Positions 38,800 through 48,884 are shown, counted from the stretch's first letter. The stretch is DNA of 64,000 nt from Lachnospiraceae bacterium UBA7202 (GCA_002490705.1 DKUO01000023.1:6535-70534), one strand, 5' to 3'. Notes: generated by a model not told the origin, from the letters alone. Translations and numbers: made by a program.

Positions 38800-40623
38800 T
38801 CACTTTCCACCGATACCTTCATCCAGGCTTGCACCGGTTATCTTATTCACCAATGTGTTAAATATCAGGATCGCCACAATCAGGATGAGGTTGATGGCGC
38901 TGGAAAACGCGTACAATCCCATTTCATCAAAATAATCCAATGTGGTCGATAAAATGAATCCCTGTGTACAGAGAAGCAGGAATAAGGACAGCTCTCTTAA
39001 ACACGTCATAAACGGCAGCATGTAACCGCTGATGATGGACGATTTCTGAATCGGGATGATGATCCGAAACATTCGTTTAAACCAGGAGAGGTCCTGAATA
39101 ATCGCCGCCTCCTCAATCTCGCCTGACAGCTGCAGCATGGAGTTGAGCGCCGCTCTGCTGGCAAAGGGTATGTACTTCACCGTGCCCGCTATGATTAGCA
39201 GTGCGTAAGTGTTAAAAAGATTGATCTTCTCATTGGAGAACAGAATAAAGAACGCTGCTCCCACTGCCAAAGAGGGCATCAGGTAAGGCAGAAATGCCAT
39301 ATTGTTCACATAGTTTGCCCACTTGCTTCTTCTGTTTTTGGATACGGCGTAGCCAATCAGCGTGCCGATCGTTCCTGCCACCAGCGCACAGCACACCGCT
39401 ACCAAAAGCGTACCGCCGAAAGCATGCCATATGGTCTTATTGAACAGAATACCCGGCTGGCCGTACAGTGCACCCGCATTATTGTCACGAGTCACCCACC
39501 ACTTCGTTGTAAGGTTGTTCATGTCTCCCGTATACAGGAAACTGTAATCTCCCGGATTTGGCAGGAAGGTCTCAATCGCGAAGGAGATAATCGGGAAAAT
39601 ACTGGTAAAGAATGTCACCACGATCAGCACAATGCCGATCACGTATTTTCCGACCTTACCCAGATTGATCTTGGAAATCTGTCCGGACTTACCAGTCACG
39701 GTCGTATAGCTCTTCCGGCTCTTCAAGCTCATCTGATTGAGTCCCAGAATCATGATTCCGAAGATCATCATAATGATTGCCAAAATGCTCGCCTCACCCG
39801 TGTACTTGGAGTTCATGGACACATATTTTGTGGAAAGTGTGGTGAGCCCCAGATAATGGGGTACAGGGTAGCTTCCCATGGCGCTTCCGAATACCAGCAA
39901 AATCGTGGAAAGGATCGCCGGTTTTACCATAGGCAGCGTAACCCTTGTCATAATTTTCCACTTCGGCGTGTCTAATATGGTCGCCGCCTCCTCCAGATTC
40001 GCATCCATGTTTCGGAAAATGCCGCCGATCATGATGTAAGCAAAGGGGGCGTAGTGCAGGCCCAGCACAACCGCACAGGGCAAAAGTCCCATGCACCACC
40101 ACTTCGGCGCCGTCATCCCGAAAAGGGAAACCAGCAGGCCGTTTGAAGTTCCCGTCACTGCGTTGCTGTTAAAGAGATTCTGCCAGACCACCGCCAGCGT
40201 CCACTGGGGCATGATGTACGGAAATATAAAAATAGAACTTAAATATTTTTTGAATTTTAAGTTTGTTCTCGTAATTAAAAACGCAAATAACCCGCCAAAT
40301 ACAATCGAAATCAAACAAGTGAAAACCGCCAGAAGCACCGTGTTCAACATCGGCGTCCACAGGTTGCTCTTCGCCAGCCTGCTGGTAAACAAATCCACAT
40401 AGTTAGCCGTGGAATAGCCCGTGGCCCTGCCTGTCAAATGGGCGTCAATCGTACCCGGATGAATCTTAAAGGTATCCTTGACAATCGCGACAATCGGCGC
40501 CACCGTTCCAAGGGTAGCCGTGATACCAAACAGAAGCAGGATGATATTCTGGGGTTTTGAAAAATATGTTTTACATTTATTCAAATAAATCACTGAGGAT
40601 TTACTCTTTGTCTTCTCTCCCAT
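38800..40623 (-). CDS. Fused double-domain ABC permease (FbpB/AfuB/ThiP-like, about 12 TM helices)
   Basis: 607 aa with two tandem permease modules. AAGGAGA RBS. Confidence 0.8.
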   Translation of the reverse strand: MGEKTKSKSSVIYLNKCKTYFSKPQNIILLLFGITATLGTVAPIVAIVKDTFKIHPGTIDAHLTGRATGYSTANYVDLFTSRLAKSNLWTPMLNTVLLAVFTCLISIVFGGLFAFLITRTNLKFKKYLSSIFIFPYIMPQWTLAVVWQNLFNSNAVTGTSNGLLVSLFGMTAPKWWCMGLLPCAVVLGLHYAPFAYIMIGGIFRNMDANLEEAATILDTPKWKIMTRVTLPMVKPAILSTILLVFGSAMGSYPVPHYLGLTTLSTKYVSMNSKYTGEASILAIIMMIFGIMILGLNQMSLKSRKSYTTVTGKSGQISKINLGKVGKYVIGIVLIVVTFFTSIFPIISFAIETFLPNPGDYSFLYTGDMNNLTTKWWVTRDNNAGALYGQPGILFNKTIWHAFGGTLLVAVCCALVAGTIGTLIGYAVSKNRRSKWANYVNNMAFLPYLMPSLAVGAAFFILFSNEKINLFNTYALLIIAGTVKYIPFASRAALNSMLQLSGEIEEAAIIQDLSWFKRMFRIIIPIQKSSIISGYMLPFMTCLRELSLFLLLCTQGFILSTTLDYFDEMGLYAFSSAINLILIVAILIFNTLVNKITGASLDEGIGGK

Positions 40624-40678
40624 AAGCTTCTCCTTAATAACATGAAACCTTTCTTTCTAAACCTCTCTTTTTTAAAAT

Positions 40679-40705
40679 GGAAGTGGCATTTTTCATGCCA
40701 CTTCC
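40679..40705 (-). promoter_or_regulatory. Perfect intercistronic hairpin between the SBP and permease genes
   Basis: GGAAGTGGCAT-TTTTC-ATGCCACTTCC (11-bp stem). On the minus strand it is followed by ATTTTAAAAAAG. Confidence 0.6.
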
Positions 40706-40749
40706 GAATTTCATTGCTTCAAAAACCGCATTTCCTTACTGCTTACTCT

Positions 40750-42219
40750 TTACTCTGCTGTCTCGCCCTCGCTGTACTTGGTCAGAAGCTCGATCCAGCT
40801 TCCTACGGTAAAGGAAACAGATGCACAGTACTCAGGATCTTCCAATACCAGCTCGCCGTCTGTGGTCCACCAGTCATATCCTCTGTCGTTCTTTGCCTCG
40901 AACTGCAGATTGCCAGATTCGTCGTAACCGCCCTTGCTGTGGCCGTAGGTTGCCTCTGTCGCCGCCGCGACCTCAGGGTTGGAGGAATAACCGCCCATGT
41001 CCTTGCCCCATGCGCTGAACCCGTCTTCCGTACAGGTCATGTATGCGATGAACGCACATGCCGTCCATGGAAGAGGACTGTTCTCCGTCACGAACAGGTA
41101 ATGGCAGTAACCATAGCCGCCAATTCCTTTATAACCGTCCTGATATGCCGCAACATTGATGTTATTCACGGATACGCCTGCGGACTCCTCAACAGAACGA
41201 AGCTTGGAGTATACCAGAAGTCCCGACTGGTCAGTAGCGGAATCCGTCACCAGGGTATTACAGATCGGGCCGTCGTCTGTCTGTGCGTTGTAGCTCTCCA
41301 CCCAAAGCTTGATCCACGCCAGCGCATATGCGCCGTCTGCGCCAAGGCCGAGATCTGCCGCCTCAGACTCCATCTCCTGAATGGTCGGCTGGAAATATGC
41401 CTGCTTATCCGCATCTAATGCTTCATAAGCCTCTTTCAGCCATGCCGCATATTTATCCTCTGTGAGCATGTAGAGGAAGTTCTTGCCGACGATCTCGGAA
41501 TCGATGTCCATGTAGAGAGAATGTACGCCCTCTCCTACGAAGTCCCAGCAGTTCTGATAGGTAGCGCTTCCTGTGTTGTTGTACATGAAGACCTTGTTCA
41601 GTGTCTGCAAAGGCAGGAAACCGTCCACCGCATCAGGCGTTGTCCCGTTTGCCTCAGCCCACTCCTTCGGAATGTATGTATCCAGAATGCCGGTCTGCAC
41701 CATCTTGGACTCGATCTGGTTGCCGTCCTGAATCAGCGTCATGGCAAAAGTGCCGGTATCCTTTAAGGAATCTGCGGTCAACTGCTCGAAGATTTTATTG
41801 TTCTTCGGCTGCTGCCACTCGAACTCCATGTTGTAGGAAGGATCAATGGTCTGCAAATACTCGATAAATAACGGAAGAGCGGACTTACCGCGGCTGGAAT
41901 TGCCTACGCCGTAGAAGGTTGCCCCGTTGGACTCCTCAATCGCTTTCTTTGCCAGATCTTCCATGGACATACCCTCCGCCTCACGGATGATCTTCTGTGT
42001 CTCTGTCAAGTTCGCCTCATCTATAGGAGCCGCTTCTGCTGCCGGTTCGCTGCTCTCAGCTGCATCCGCCGCGGGCGCTGCCTCCTCTGTCCCGGCTGCC
42101 GGTGTCTCTGTACTCTGCTCTGCCGCGGGCGCCTGCTGCGCTCCACCGCCGCCGCATCCTGCTAACGTTCCCGCGATCATACAGCTTGCCAGTAATAACG
42201 ATAATGCTTTCTTTTTCAT
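40750..42219 (-). CDS. ABC substrate-binding lipoprotein (Fbp/Afu-like family) with a long Ala/Glu/Pro linker
   Basis: Lipobox LAGCGGGG after MKKKALSLLLASCMIAGT. A low-complexity linker of about 60 aa is followed by the SBP fold. I placed the start at ATG 42219 behind AGGAGG. Confidence 0.78.
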   Translation of the reverse strand: MKKKALSLLLASCMIAGTLAGCGGGGAQQAPAAEQSTETPAAGTEEAAPAADAAESSEPAAEAAPIDEANLTETQKIIREAEGMSMEDLAKKAIEESNGATFYGVGNSSRGKSALPLFIEYLQTIDPSYNMEFEWQQPKNNKIFEQLTADSLKDTGTFAMTLIQDGNQIESKMVQTGILDTYIPKEWAEANGTTPDAVDGFLPLQTLNKVFMYNNTGSATYQNCWDFVGEGVHSLYMDIDSEIVGKNFLYMLTEDKYAAWLKEAYEALDADKQAYFQPTIQEMESEAADLGLGADGAYALAWIKLWVESYNAQTDDGPICNTLVTDSATDQSGLLVYSKLRSVEESAGVSVNNINVAAYQDGYKGIGGYGYCHYLFVTENSPLPWTACAFIAYMTCTEDGFSAWGKDMGGYSSNPEVAAATEATYGHSKGGYDESGNLQFEAKNDRGYDWWTTDGELVLEDPEYCASVSFTVGSWIELLTKYSEGETAE

Positions 42220-42380
42220 AGCTATCCTCCTTCTATCTTTCCTTTGTTGTTTGGTTCTTGCTATCATTATAAGGGCAGAATGCCGGAAGAAAAACGGGAC
42301 ATATCTGTTATTTCTTTGAAATTCCTGTGAAGTTATACAAAATCCGCCTTATTTTGCAGAATATGAAGTACAGGTTGCAC

Positions 42381-42415
42381 AAAAAAGAATCCGGCGTTTA
42401 TTCACTCCGGATTCT
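42381..42415 (-). terminator. Intrinsic terminator overlapping the 3' end of the regulator gene
   Basis: On the minus strand: GAATCCGG-(12 nt)-CCGGATTC followed by TTTTTTG. The stop codon lies in the loop. Confidence 0.65.
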
Positions 42416-43171
42416 GTCCTGATACTCTGATGGGGTCACCCCCGCAATTTTCTTAAAGATCGTGGAGAAATAAGTGATGTCCTTATATCCTACCATTTCC
42501 GCCACTTCATACACCTTGTAACGGCAGTTCTGCAAAAGCTTCATGGCCACCCGCACCCGGTATCGGGTAATGTAGGCGTTGATTGTATACTCCGTCTCCT
42601 TCTTAAAGGTATGGCTTAAATGCCCCTCGCTGAGTCCAAGAGATTCCGCAATCTTTTTCACGCCGATATCCGCATCCGCATAGTGCTCCATAATATAATT
42701 CATGGCCTCCGCCACGTATTTACTCTTTTCTCCCTTTTGGATTGCGGCATGAGCCAACACGCTTTCCTCATGCTCCCTGCCACCCTGGGACTGTCTTTCC
42801 TCCACTTTTCTTTTTATGTTTAAGACAGCCGTTTCCAGCTCCCCATCCTCAAAAGGCTTCAAAAGATAATCGGAAGCCCCCAGCTTTACGGCATTCTGTG
42901 CATAGGCAAAATCATCGTAGGCCGTCAGGAAAATCACGTAGGTCTCGTTGCCCTCGTTTCTGAGAGCGGTGACCATCTCGATCCCGTCCATCTTCGGCAT
43001 ACGGATATCGCAGATCACCAGATCCGGCCGGTATTTATGAATGGCATTAAGACCCTCCTCCCCGTTTGTAGCCTCCGCCACCACCATACAGTCAAGCGCA
43101 GCCCAGTCCGTCTCCATAACAATGCCTTTTCGCACAAGACTTTCATCGTCTACCACCAATATCTTAAACAT
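42398..43171 (-). CDS. Response regulator with AraC-type output domain (YesN-like)
   Basis: Receiver domain (LVICDIRMPKMDG) plus C-terminal AraC HTH (VAEMVGYKDITYFSTIFKKIAGVTPSEY). Confidence 0.88.
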   Translation of the reverse strand: MFKILVVDDESLVRKGIVMETDWAALDCMVVAEATNGEEGLNAIHKYRPDLVICDIRMPKMDGIEMVTALRNEGNETYVIFLTAYDDFAYAQNAVKLGASDYLLKPFEDGELETAVLNIKRKVEERQSQGGREHEESVLAHAAIQKGEKSKYVAEAMNYIMEHYADADIGVKKIAESLGLSEGHLSHTFKKETEYTINAYITRYRVRVAMKLLQNCRYKVYEVAEMVGYKDITYFSTIFKKIAGVTPSEYQDRIRSE

Positions 43172-43204
43172 GTATTTACCCCTCTCCCTAAGCTGATTCT
43201 CACG

Positions 43205-44905
43205 CTATTCCCGTACAATCGGCAGCGTAATCCGCACCCGCGCGCCGCCCTCCGGCTGATTCTCGGCATAAAGGCCGTACTGTGTCCCGTAGTGCAGCCG
43301 GATAATCGTATCCACATTATAGAAACCGATATGACCCTTTAATTCCTCTCTGTTACGCTCCTTCAAAAGACCGAGGATGGTCTCATCCATGCCGCACCCA
43401 TCATCATACACTTCTATGCAGAGCGTTTCCTCTTCTTCGTAGATATTCAGGAAGATATGGCCGTGCTCCCGCTCCTTCAAACCATGGATAATCGCATTTT
43501 CCACAATCGGCTGAATGATCATCTTGGGCACCATGCAATCCTCCAACTCCAAAGGCAGCTCCACGTCATAAGTGAAATTACCGTCAAAGCGGATTTTCTG
43601 GATATCCATATAGGCGCATACCAGACTGACTTCCTCCGACAGACTGATAAACTGCGCTTCGGAGATACTGGTGCGAAGTATCTTCGCAAGCCCGGAGGCC
43701 ATAGTCGCCAGCTCCGACACATGGTGGGCCTTTGCCACCCATTTGATCGTGTCAAGCGTATTGTACAGAAAATGAGGATTCAGCTGGGCCTGCATCATGG
43801 CAATATTGCTGTCGTTTAACTCCTTTTGCTGTTTTACCTGCAAAGCCAGATTCTCTTTGATCTGTCTGGTCATCCCGTCAAAACTGGCGGAAAGCTGCCC
43901 GAATTCATCCTTCCTGCCGCTGCCCACCTGCATGTCCAGATCACCGCCCTCCACGCGGGCCATAGCCTGTGAAAGCCTCTTCACCGGCGCGGTTAAATAA
44001 TTGCTCATCACACCCGCCGCTGCAATACAAAGGAGCAGGGAACACACCGCCATAATCATCATTACGCCCACGGTCATATTGGTTACGTCACGCGTAAATA
44101 CCGGTTCTTTTCCCAGTATAATATAGAGTCCTGTCTGTTCCAGCGGCGCTATGTAGAAGGTGATGCCGTCCGTCGTCTGACGCAGATCTTCCCCCGCCAT
44201 CCGTCTGGTTCTGAGCGTCTGGGCCAATGAAGCCTCCTTGGCCGCCTTCGTGCTGTACACATCCTCCCAGTAGCTGTTCAGCACTGCAATTCCATTCTCT
44301 TCATTATATGTTCCGGACAAAATGGTTTCAAAATGAGATTCGGTTATGTCCATCACCACAAAACCGAGACATTCCTCATCCTCATCCAGAATTGCACAAG
44401 CTCCCTGTAGGCAGGGCTTCTCCTTGTCCTGTTCCCATGACGCCCGGCGCAAAATCATTTCATGGGAATGGGTGCGCGCCACCTTTAACAGCCCCCAATA
44501 GGGAGGAAGTTCCCCCTCCGCACCCTGCGGGGATGTGGAAAGGCTGCAACGGCCCTGTGCATCATAGATATGAAACCATGCAATTTCCCGCAAATCCTGC
44601 GTCTTTTCGTACAGCCTCTTATACGCTTTATTTTTCAGCCAGCTGTCGGTCTGGGTAATGCCATCCACAATCACCCCGTCGGACATAATCTCCTGCGCCG
44701 CCTGCTCCATCTCATCAAAGACGCCGGCCAAACGGTTCTCCACACTAATTAACTGCTCCTGTGTCTTTTCCTCATAGTCCCTTGAAAGCCTCGCCTTCAA
44801 AACACTGACCAGAAAACAGCCGGTAATCACCATCGGAACCAGCGCCACCACAATAAAGCACAAAAATAATTCTCTTTTAAAGGATTTCCTGATAACCGTC
44901 TTCAT
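43205..44905 (-). CDS. Sensor histidine kinase, YesM-like (His_kinase/HATPase_c family)
   Basis: Two TM helices, HAMP domain, H-box QAQLNPHFLYNTLD and HATPase domain. The start ATG lies 2 nt after the upstream SBP stop. Confidence 0.85.
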   Translation of the reverse strand: MKTVIRKSFKRELFLCFIVVALVPMVITGCFLVSVLKARLSRDYEEKTQEQLISVENRLAGVFDEMEQAAQEIMSDGVIVDGITQTDSWLKNKAYKRLYEKTQDLREIAWFHIYDAQGRCSLSTSPQGAEGELPPYWGLLKVARTHSHEMILRRASWEQDKEKPCLQGACAILDEDEECLGFVVMDITESHFETILSGTYNEENGIAVLNSYWEDVYSTKAAKEASLAQTLRTRRMAGEDLRQTTDGITFYIAPLEQTGLYIILGKEPVFTRDVTNMTVGVMMIMAVCSLLLCIAAAGVMSNYLTAPVKRLSQAMARVEGGDLDMQVGSGRKDEFGQLSASFDGMTRQIKENLALQVKQQKELNDSNIAMMQAQLNPHFLYNTLDTIKWVAKAHHVSELATMASGLAKILRTSISEAQFISLSEEVSLVCAYMDIQKIRFDGNFTYDVELPLELEDCMVPKMIIQPIVENAIIHGLKEREHGHIFLNIYEEEETLCIEVYDDGCGMDETILGLLKERNREELKGHIGFYNVDTIIRLHYGTQYGLYAENQPEGGARVRITLPIVRE

Positions 44906-44907
44906 CC

Positions 44908-45909
44908 CTACCGTGTCAGTTCCTTCCACTTCGCCAATATTTCTTCCCGATGTTCCTCCGAATAATTCAAATCATACCGCACTTCTCTGATCTCTTCGCC
45001 CTCCGCGCCCTTCCGAACGCTCCTGCGGTAAAGCCGATCCTCCAGAAGTCTCTGCACATCCTCGCTCACCGTAAACTCTATGAACAGCTCCGCATTCTCC
45101 CTGTGAGGCGCATTTTTGATCAGCGCACTCCCGTCCGGCACGGCCGCAGTTCCCTCTCTGGGATAAATCATGGCAATATCCGCATTTTGATCCATCTCCT
45201 TTAAGACGGTTTCTTCCAATGTGATCCCGATCAGCTTCTTGCCCGCCGTCACTTCCCCCAGCACTTCCCCCGAACCGGAGAGAATGTCTCCGTCCAGATT
45301 GGAAACAAACGTCTCCATCACTTCCTCCTCGGTCATATCGTCCGAGAGGATCTGTATCATTGCCAAAAGTGCCGTGTAACTGCTGCCCGACCGGTCAGGA
45401 TCTGCAAAGGCAATACTGCCCTTCCAGTGGTTGTTAGTTAGATCCCGCCAGCTTCTGGGCGTACCCGCCGAAATCACCAGCTTTTTGTTATAGACAATGA
45501 CAATGGGAAGCCTGGAAAACACCGTATACACACCATCAGGCGACGCATAGGTATCGTCGAGCTGGGCGCTCTGGCTGCTGACATAGGATTCAAAATAATC
45601 CCGGTATGCATTCAGGCTGTCCACACCACCGCCAAACATCACATCTCCCGAATCTTTTCCGTTTTCCTCCTCGATCCGATCCAGCAGATCGTTCGTTCCG
45701 CCGGTAACCACCTCTACCCAGATACCCGTCCGCTCCTCAAATTCCCTGACGATAGGCCCATAGATTTCTTCCTTGTGGGAGGTATAAACCACCAGCTTAT
45801 TGCTTTCCTCCAGCCGGTATTCCTCCTGCGCCTGCCCAGCCCCGCAGCCGCATAAAATAAACAGCGGCGCCAACAGACTTGCAGCCGCCTGCAACATACG
45901 CTTTTTCAT
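44908..45909 (-). CDS. Extracellular solute-binding lipoprotein (Fbp/Afu/PotD-like), probable sensor partner of the kinase
   Basis: Lipobox ILCGCG. KLVVYTSHKEEIYGPIVREFEERTGIWVEV is typical of this SBP family. It is the first gene of an SBP-HK-RR operon. Confidence 0.75.
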   Translation of the reverse strand: MKKRMLQAAASLLAPLFILCGCGAGQAQEEYRLEESNKLVVYTSHKEEIYGPIVREFEERTGIWVEVVTGGTNDLLDRIEEENGKDSGDVMFGGGVDSLNAYRDYFESYVSSQSAQLDDTYASPDGVYTVFSRLPIVIVYNKKLVISAGTPRSWRDLTNNHWKGSIAFADPDRSGSSYTALLAMIQILSDDMTEEEVMETFVSNLDGDILSGSGEVLGEVTAGKKLIGITLEETVLKEMDQNADIAMIYPREGTAAVPDGSALIKNAPHRENAELFIEFTVSEDVQRLLEDRLYRRSVRKGAEGEEIREVRYDLNYSEEHREEILAKWKELTR

Positions 45910-45968
45910 GCTTCCATTTCCTTTCTCCCTTTATTTTACCAAAAACCATTCTTTGACGAAAGAGCCAC

Positions 45969-45997
45969 TTGACACTTCCTTTTTTTGGGTCCATAAT
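45969..45997 (+). promoter_or_regulatory. Sigma-70-type promoter for the mrp-like operon
   Basis: TTGACA (45969-45974), a 17-nt spacer, then CATAAT (45992-45997). Confidence 0.5.
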
Positions 45998-46070
45998 ATC
46001 AACGTTAAACAAAACTCCTTTATAATAGGAAGAAACATGCTAAAGAATTTTGCGAGATTGGAGTGGAAAA

Positions 46071-46535
46071 ATGTTCGTAATTTTTTTTCTGGTCTGGGTT
46101 ATCTTTAACGGGCAGTTTACCGCAGAAATTGCTGCCTTCGGCATTGTAATTGCAGGGGCTATGTATTGGTTTTTCTGTAAGTTTTTTGATTACAGTCCCC
46201 GGTACGACCTTTTTTTATGTAAAAAGGCGCCCCTCCTGCTGCAATATCTATTTACCCTGGTCTGGGAAATTTTGAAGGCCAATTTAATCGTATTCCGCAT
46301 GATTTACTCCGCAGAGTATGAATTGGAACCCGCCGTCATCCACTTTAAGACGGATCTTCATTCCACCTTTGCGCGGGTGCTGTTAGCGAATTCCATTACG
46401 CTGACACCGGGCACCATCACCGTTGCCCTGACGGGCAATGAATATACGGTCCATTGTCTTGACAAGGAACTGGCGGAGGGCATTTCCTCCTCCGTGTTCG
46501 TAAAACTTTTAAAGAAACTGGAAACGGCCGAGTAA
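46071..46535 (+). CDS. mrpE: Cation:proton antiporter subunit E (MrpE/MnhE, MbhA-like)
   Basis: About 154 aa. VWVIFNG...ANSITLTPGTITV motif. I placed the start at ATG 46071 behind GGAGTGG. Confidence 0.8.
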   Translation: MFVIFFLVWVIFNGQFTAEIAAFGIVIAGAMYWFFCKFFDYSPRYDLFLCKKAPLLLQYLFTLVWEILKANLIVFRMIYSAEYELEPAVIHFKTDLHSTFARVLLANSITLTPGTITVALTGNEYTVHCLDKELAEGISSSVFVKLLKKLETAE

Positions 46536-46562
46536 TTGTCTGTGCTGTGGAAAGGAGGAACT

Positions 46563-46895
46563 ATGGAAAAAGAAATGCTTTATCATCCGCTCTTTATTGC
46601 ACTGTTAATTCTGCTCTCCATTATGCTGCTCGTCTGTCTGATCCGCGCCGTAAAGGGCCCCCGTGTGGCTGACCGTCTTGTGGCTGTCAACATGATGGGA
46701 ACCATGGTCATGGTCATGATTTCCATTCTGGCGTTGCTGCTAAAGGAGGGATATCTGGTGGATATCTGCCTGATCTACGCCATGATCAGTTTTCTTGCGG
46801 TAGTGGTAATTTCCAAAGTATATATCGGCATTTACGAAGAACGGCACCACAATCTGGAAAATGGGGAAGGAGGAGATACAGATGAACGCAGTTGA
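46563..46895 (+). CDS. mrpF: Cation:proton antiporter subunit F (MrpF/MnhF)
   Basis: About 110 aa with 3 TM helices. IRAVKGPRVADRLVAVN motif. AAGGAGG RBS. Confidence 0.8.
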   Translation: MEKEMLYHPLFIALLILLSIMLLVCLIRAVKGPRVADRLVAVNMMGTMVMVMISILALLLKEGYLVDICLIYAMISFLAVVVISKVYIGIYEERHHNLENGEGGDTDERS

Positions 46896-47283
46896 ATGGA
46901 TCAAATTGATTGCCGGAAGCATTTTTTTAATAATTGGCATAGTAATCTTCTTCACGGAACTTTTCGGCGTTTTTCACTTTAAATACGTTCTGAACAGGAT
47001 GCACGCCGCCGCCATGGGCGACACGCTTGGCATCAGCTCCTGTCTGATCGGCCTGATGATTTTTTCTGGTCTGAACTTTACCACCCTGAAAATGTTTTTG
47101 ATTGTCGTCTTTTTGTGGTTTGCTTCCCCCGTCTCCTCCCATGTTCTTTCCAGACTGGAAGCCGCCACAAATGAACATTTATCTGATCACTGCGAAATAT
47201 ATGAAGACGTAGCGCTCTTAGAGCAGGAATTATCTGCCAGAAGAGCGGAAAATACGATGGAAAAGGAGGGCGACCCGTCATGA
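46882..47283 (+). CDS. mrpG: Cation:proton antiporter subunit G (MrpG/MnhG)
   Basis: About 133 aa. RMHAAAMGDTLG...ASPVSSHVLSR motif. AGGAGG RBS. It overlaps mrpF by 14 nt. Confidence 0.8.
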   Translation: MNAVEWIKLIAGSIFLIIGIVIFFTELFGVFHFKYVLNRMHAAAMGDTLGISSCLIGLMIFSGLNFTTLKMFLIVVFLWFASPVSSHVLSRLEAATNEHLSDHCEIYEDVALLEQELSARRAENTMEKEGDPS

Positions 47284-47555
47284 CAGCTTTTCAAATTATT
47301 TTGATGGGGCTATTAATTATCTGTGCAGTCTCCGTCAGCTTTTCCAAAAATCTTTTAAACGCAATTTTAATTTATATGTCCTTCAGTCTGGTTATGTCCA
47401 TGCTCTGGATCTGTCTGGAGTCCCCCGATCTGGCCATCACAGAGGCGGCCGTCGGCGCTGGAATCACCAGCGTACTCTTTTTCGTGACGCTCAAAAAGAT
47501 TCGCGCCATCGAGGCGGCGGAACCGGAAGAGAAGGAGGAATCAAAAGATGAGTAA
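47280..47555 (+). CDS. MbhD/DUF4040-like small membrane subunit (N-terminal MrpB-type module)
   Basis: 91 aa with 3 TM helices. SPDLAITEAAVGAGIT motif. ATGA overlap with mrpG. Confidence 0.7.
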   Translation: MTAFQIILMGLLIICAVSVSFSKNLLNAILIYMSFSLVMSMLWICLESPDLAITEAAVGAGITSVLFFVTLKKIRAIEAAEPEEKEESKDE

Positions 47556-48507
47556 AAAAAGACCGGAATCGGAATACCAAAAAACATTTGCCTTCCATTT
47601 TTTCAGATGGCTTTCCGGATCGAAAGATCCCTATCTCGGCGAGGTGGAAATGCACCCTCAGAAGGAATATCAGATTGATCCTGAGGCGGCTTTGCGGCAC
47701 GAAAAGGAGCATGACGCCATTCTGGACAAGGTTTATGACCCCAAGCGCAATATGGGAATGAAACTCTTCCACAAACTTTATCATGCCACCAGCATTATCT
47801 TCTGCCTGTTTTTGATCGCCCTGCTTTTGGTGACAATCTCATGGCTGCCCGCCACCGGAACAGTCAACCGACCCGTCAACAACGAGGTGGCAGAGCGCTA
47901 CATTGAAAAAGGTTTGGAGGAAACAGGCGCCGTCAACATCGTGGCTGGTATGATTCTAGACTACAGAGCCTTTGATACGCTGGGAGAATCACACGTGTTA
48001 TTTACAGCGACAATCACGGTTCTGATTCTGCTTCGTCTGAATAAGACCGAAAAAAATGAAGCGGAACTGAGCGACCGCCGTTTCGAGCCGAAAAACGACG
48101 CGATTTTGCAGCTCGTGGCGACCTTCCTTGTGCCGATTATCATTATTTTCGGCATTTATGTGATCCTAAACGGCCATTTAGGCCCCGGCGGCGGTTTCTC
48201 CGGCGGCGCCGTGATCGGTGCGGGACTGGTGCTTTATCTAAATGCCTTTGGTTTCAAAAAGACAGAGCGGTTTTTTACGGAGAAAACTTACAAATGGATA
48301 TGCTTTTTCTCCCTTTCCTTCTACTGTCTGGCAAAAAGCTATTCCTTTTACACAGGCGCTAACCAGCTCCACAGCATAATCCCCAAGGGCACGCCCGGCG
48401 CGATCCTGTCAAGCGGATTGATTCTGCCCTTAAATATCGCGGTGGGCCTTGTGGTTGCCTGCACAATCTACGCTTTTTATGCCATGTTCCGAAAAGGAGG
48501 GTTTTAA
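47548..48507 (+). CDS. MnhB/MrpB-domain subunit with a hydrophilic N-terminal extension of about 80 aa
   Basis: NIVAGMILDYRAFDTLGES is the MnhB signature. 319 aa. Confidence 0.78.
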   Translation: MSKKRPESEYQKTFAFHFFRWLSGSKDPYLGEVEMHPQKEYQIDPEAALRHEKEHDAILDKVYDPKRNMGMKLFHKLYHATSIIFCLFLIALLLVTISWLPATGTVNRPVNNEVAERYIEKGLEETGAVNIVAGMILDYRAFDTLGESHVLFTATITVLILLRLNKTEKNEAELSDRRFEPKNDAILQLVATFLVPIIIIFGIYVILNGHLGPGGGFSGGAVIGAGLVLYLNAFGFKKTERFFTEKTYKWICFFSLSFYCLAKSYSFYTGANQLHSIIPKGTPGAILSSGLILPLNIAVGLVVACTIYAFYAMFRKGGF

Positions 48508-48508
48508 T

Positions 48509-48883
48509 ATGGGCCCGAATTTACTTGCAAATTACGGGGAAGCCGTCGCGGCAATTCTGTTTTGTATCGGTTTTACCAATCTGCTTTTGCAGACCAACTT
48601 AATAAAAAAAATTATTGGTTTGAATGTGATGGACAGCGCAATCTATCTCTTCCTTGCGGAAAAAGGATATATTGCGGGACGCGTTGCGCCTATTGTGGTG
48701 AACGGCGTCACCAGCACGGAAGCCTATATCAACCCGATTCCCAGCGGCCTTGTGCTTACCGGTATCGTAGTGTCTGTCTCCGTGACCGCTCTTATGCTGT
48801 CCCTGACGATCCGTCTCTACACCAGATATCACACGCTGGATCTTGACGAGATCTCCGCACAGTTAAAGAAGGAGGGAAAATAA
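48509..48883 (+). CDS. mrpC: Cation:proton antiporter subunit C (MrpC/MnhC, NuoK-like)
   Basis: 124 aa with 3 TM helices. LIKKIIGLNVMDSAIYLFL motif. I placed the start at ATG 48509 behind AAAGGAGGG. Confidence 0.8.
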   Translation: MGPNLLANYGEAVAAILFCIGFTNLLLQTNLIKKIIGLNVMDSAIYLFLAEKGYIAGRVAPIVVNGVTSTEAYINPIPSGLVLTGIVVSVSVTALMLSLTIRLYTRYHTLDLDEISAQLKKEGK

Positions 48884-48884
48884 C

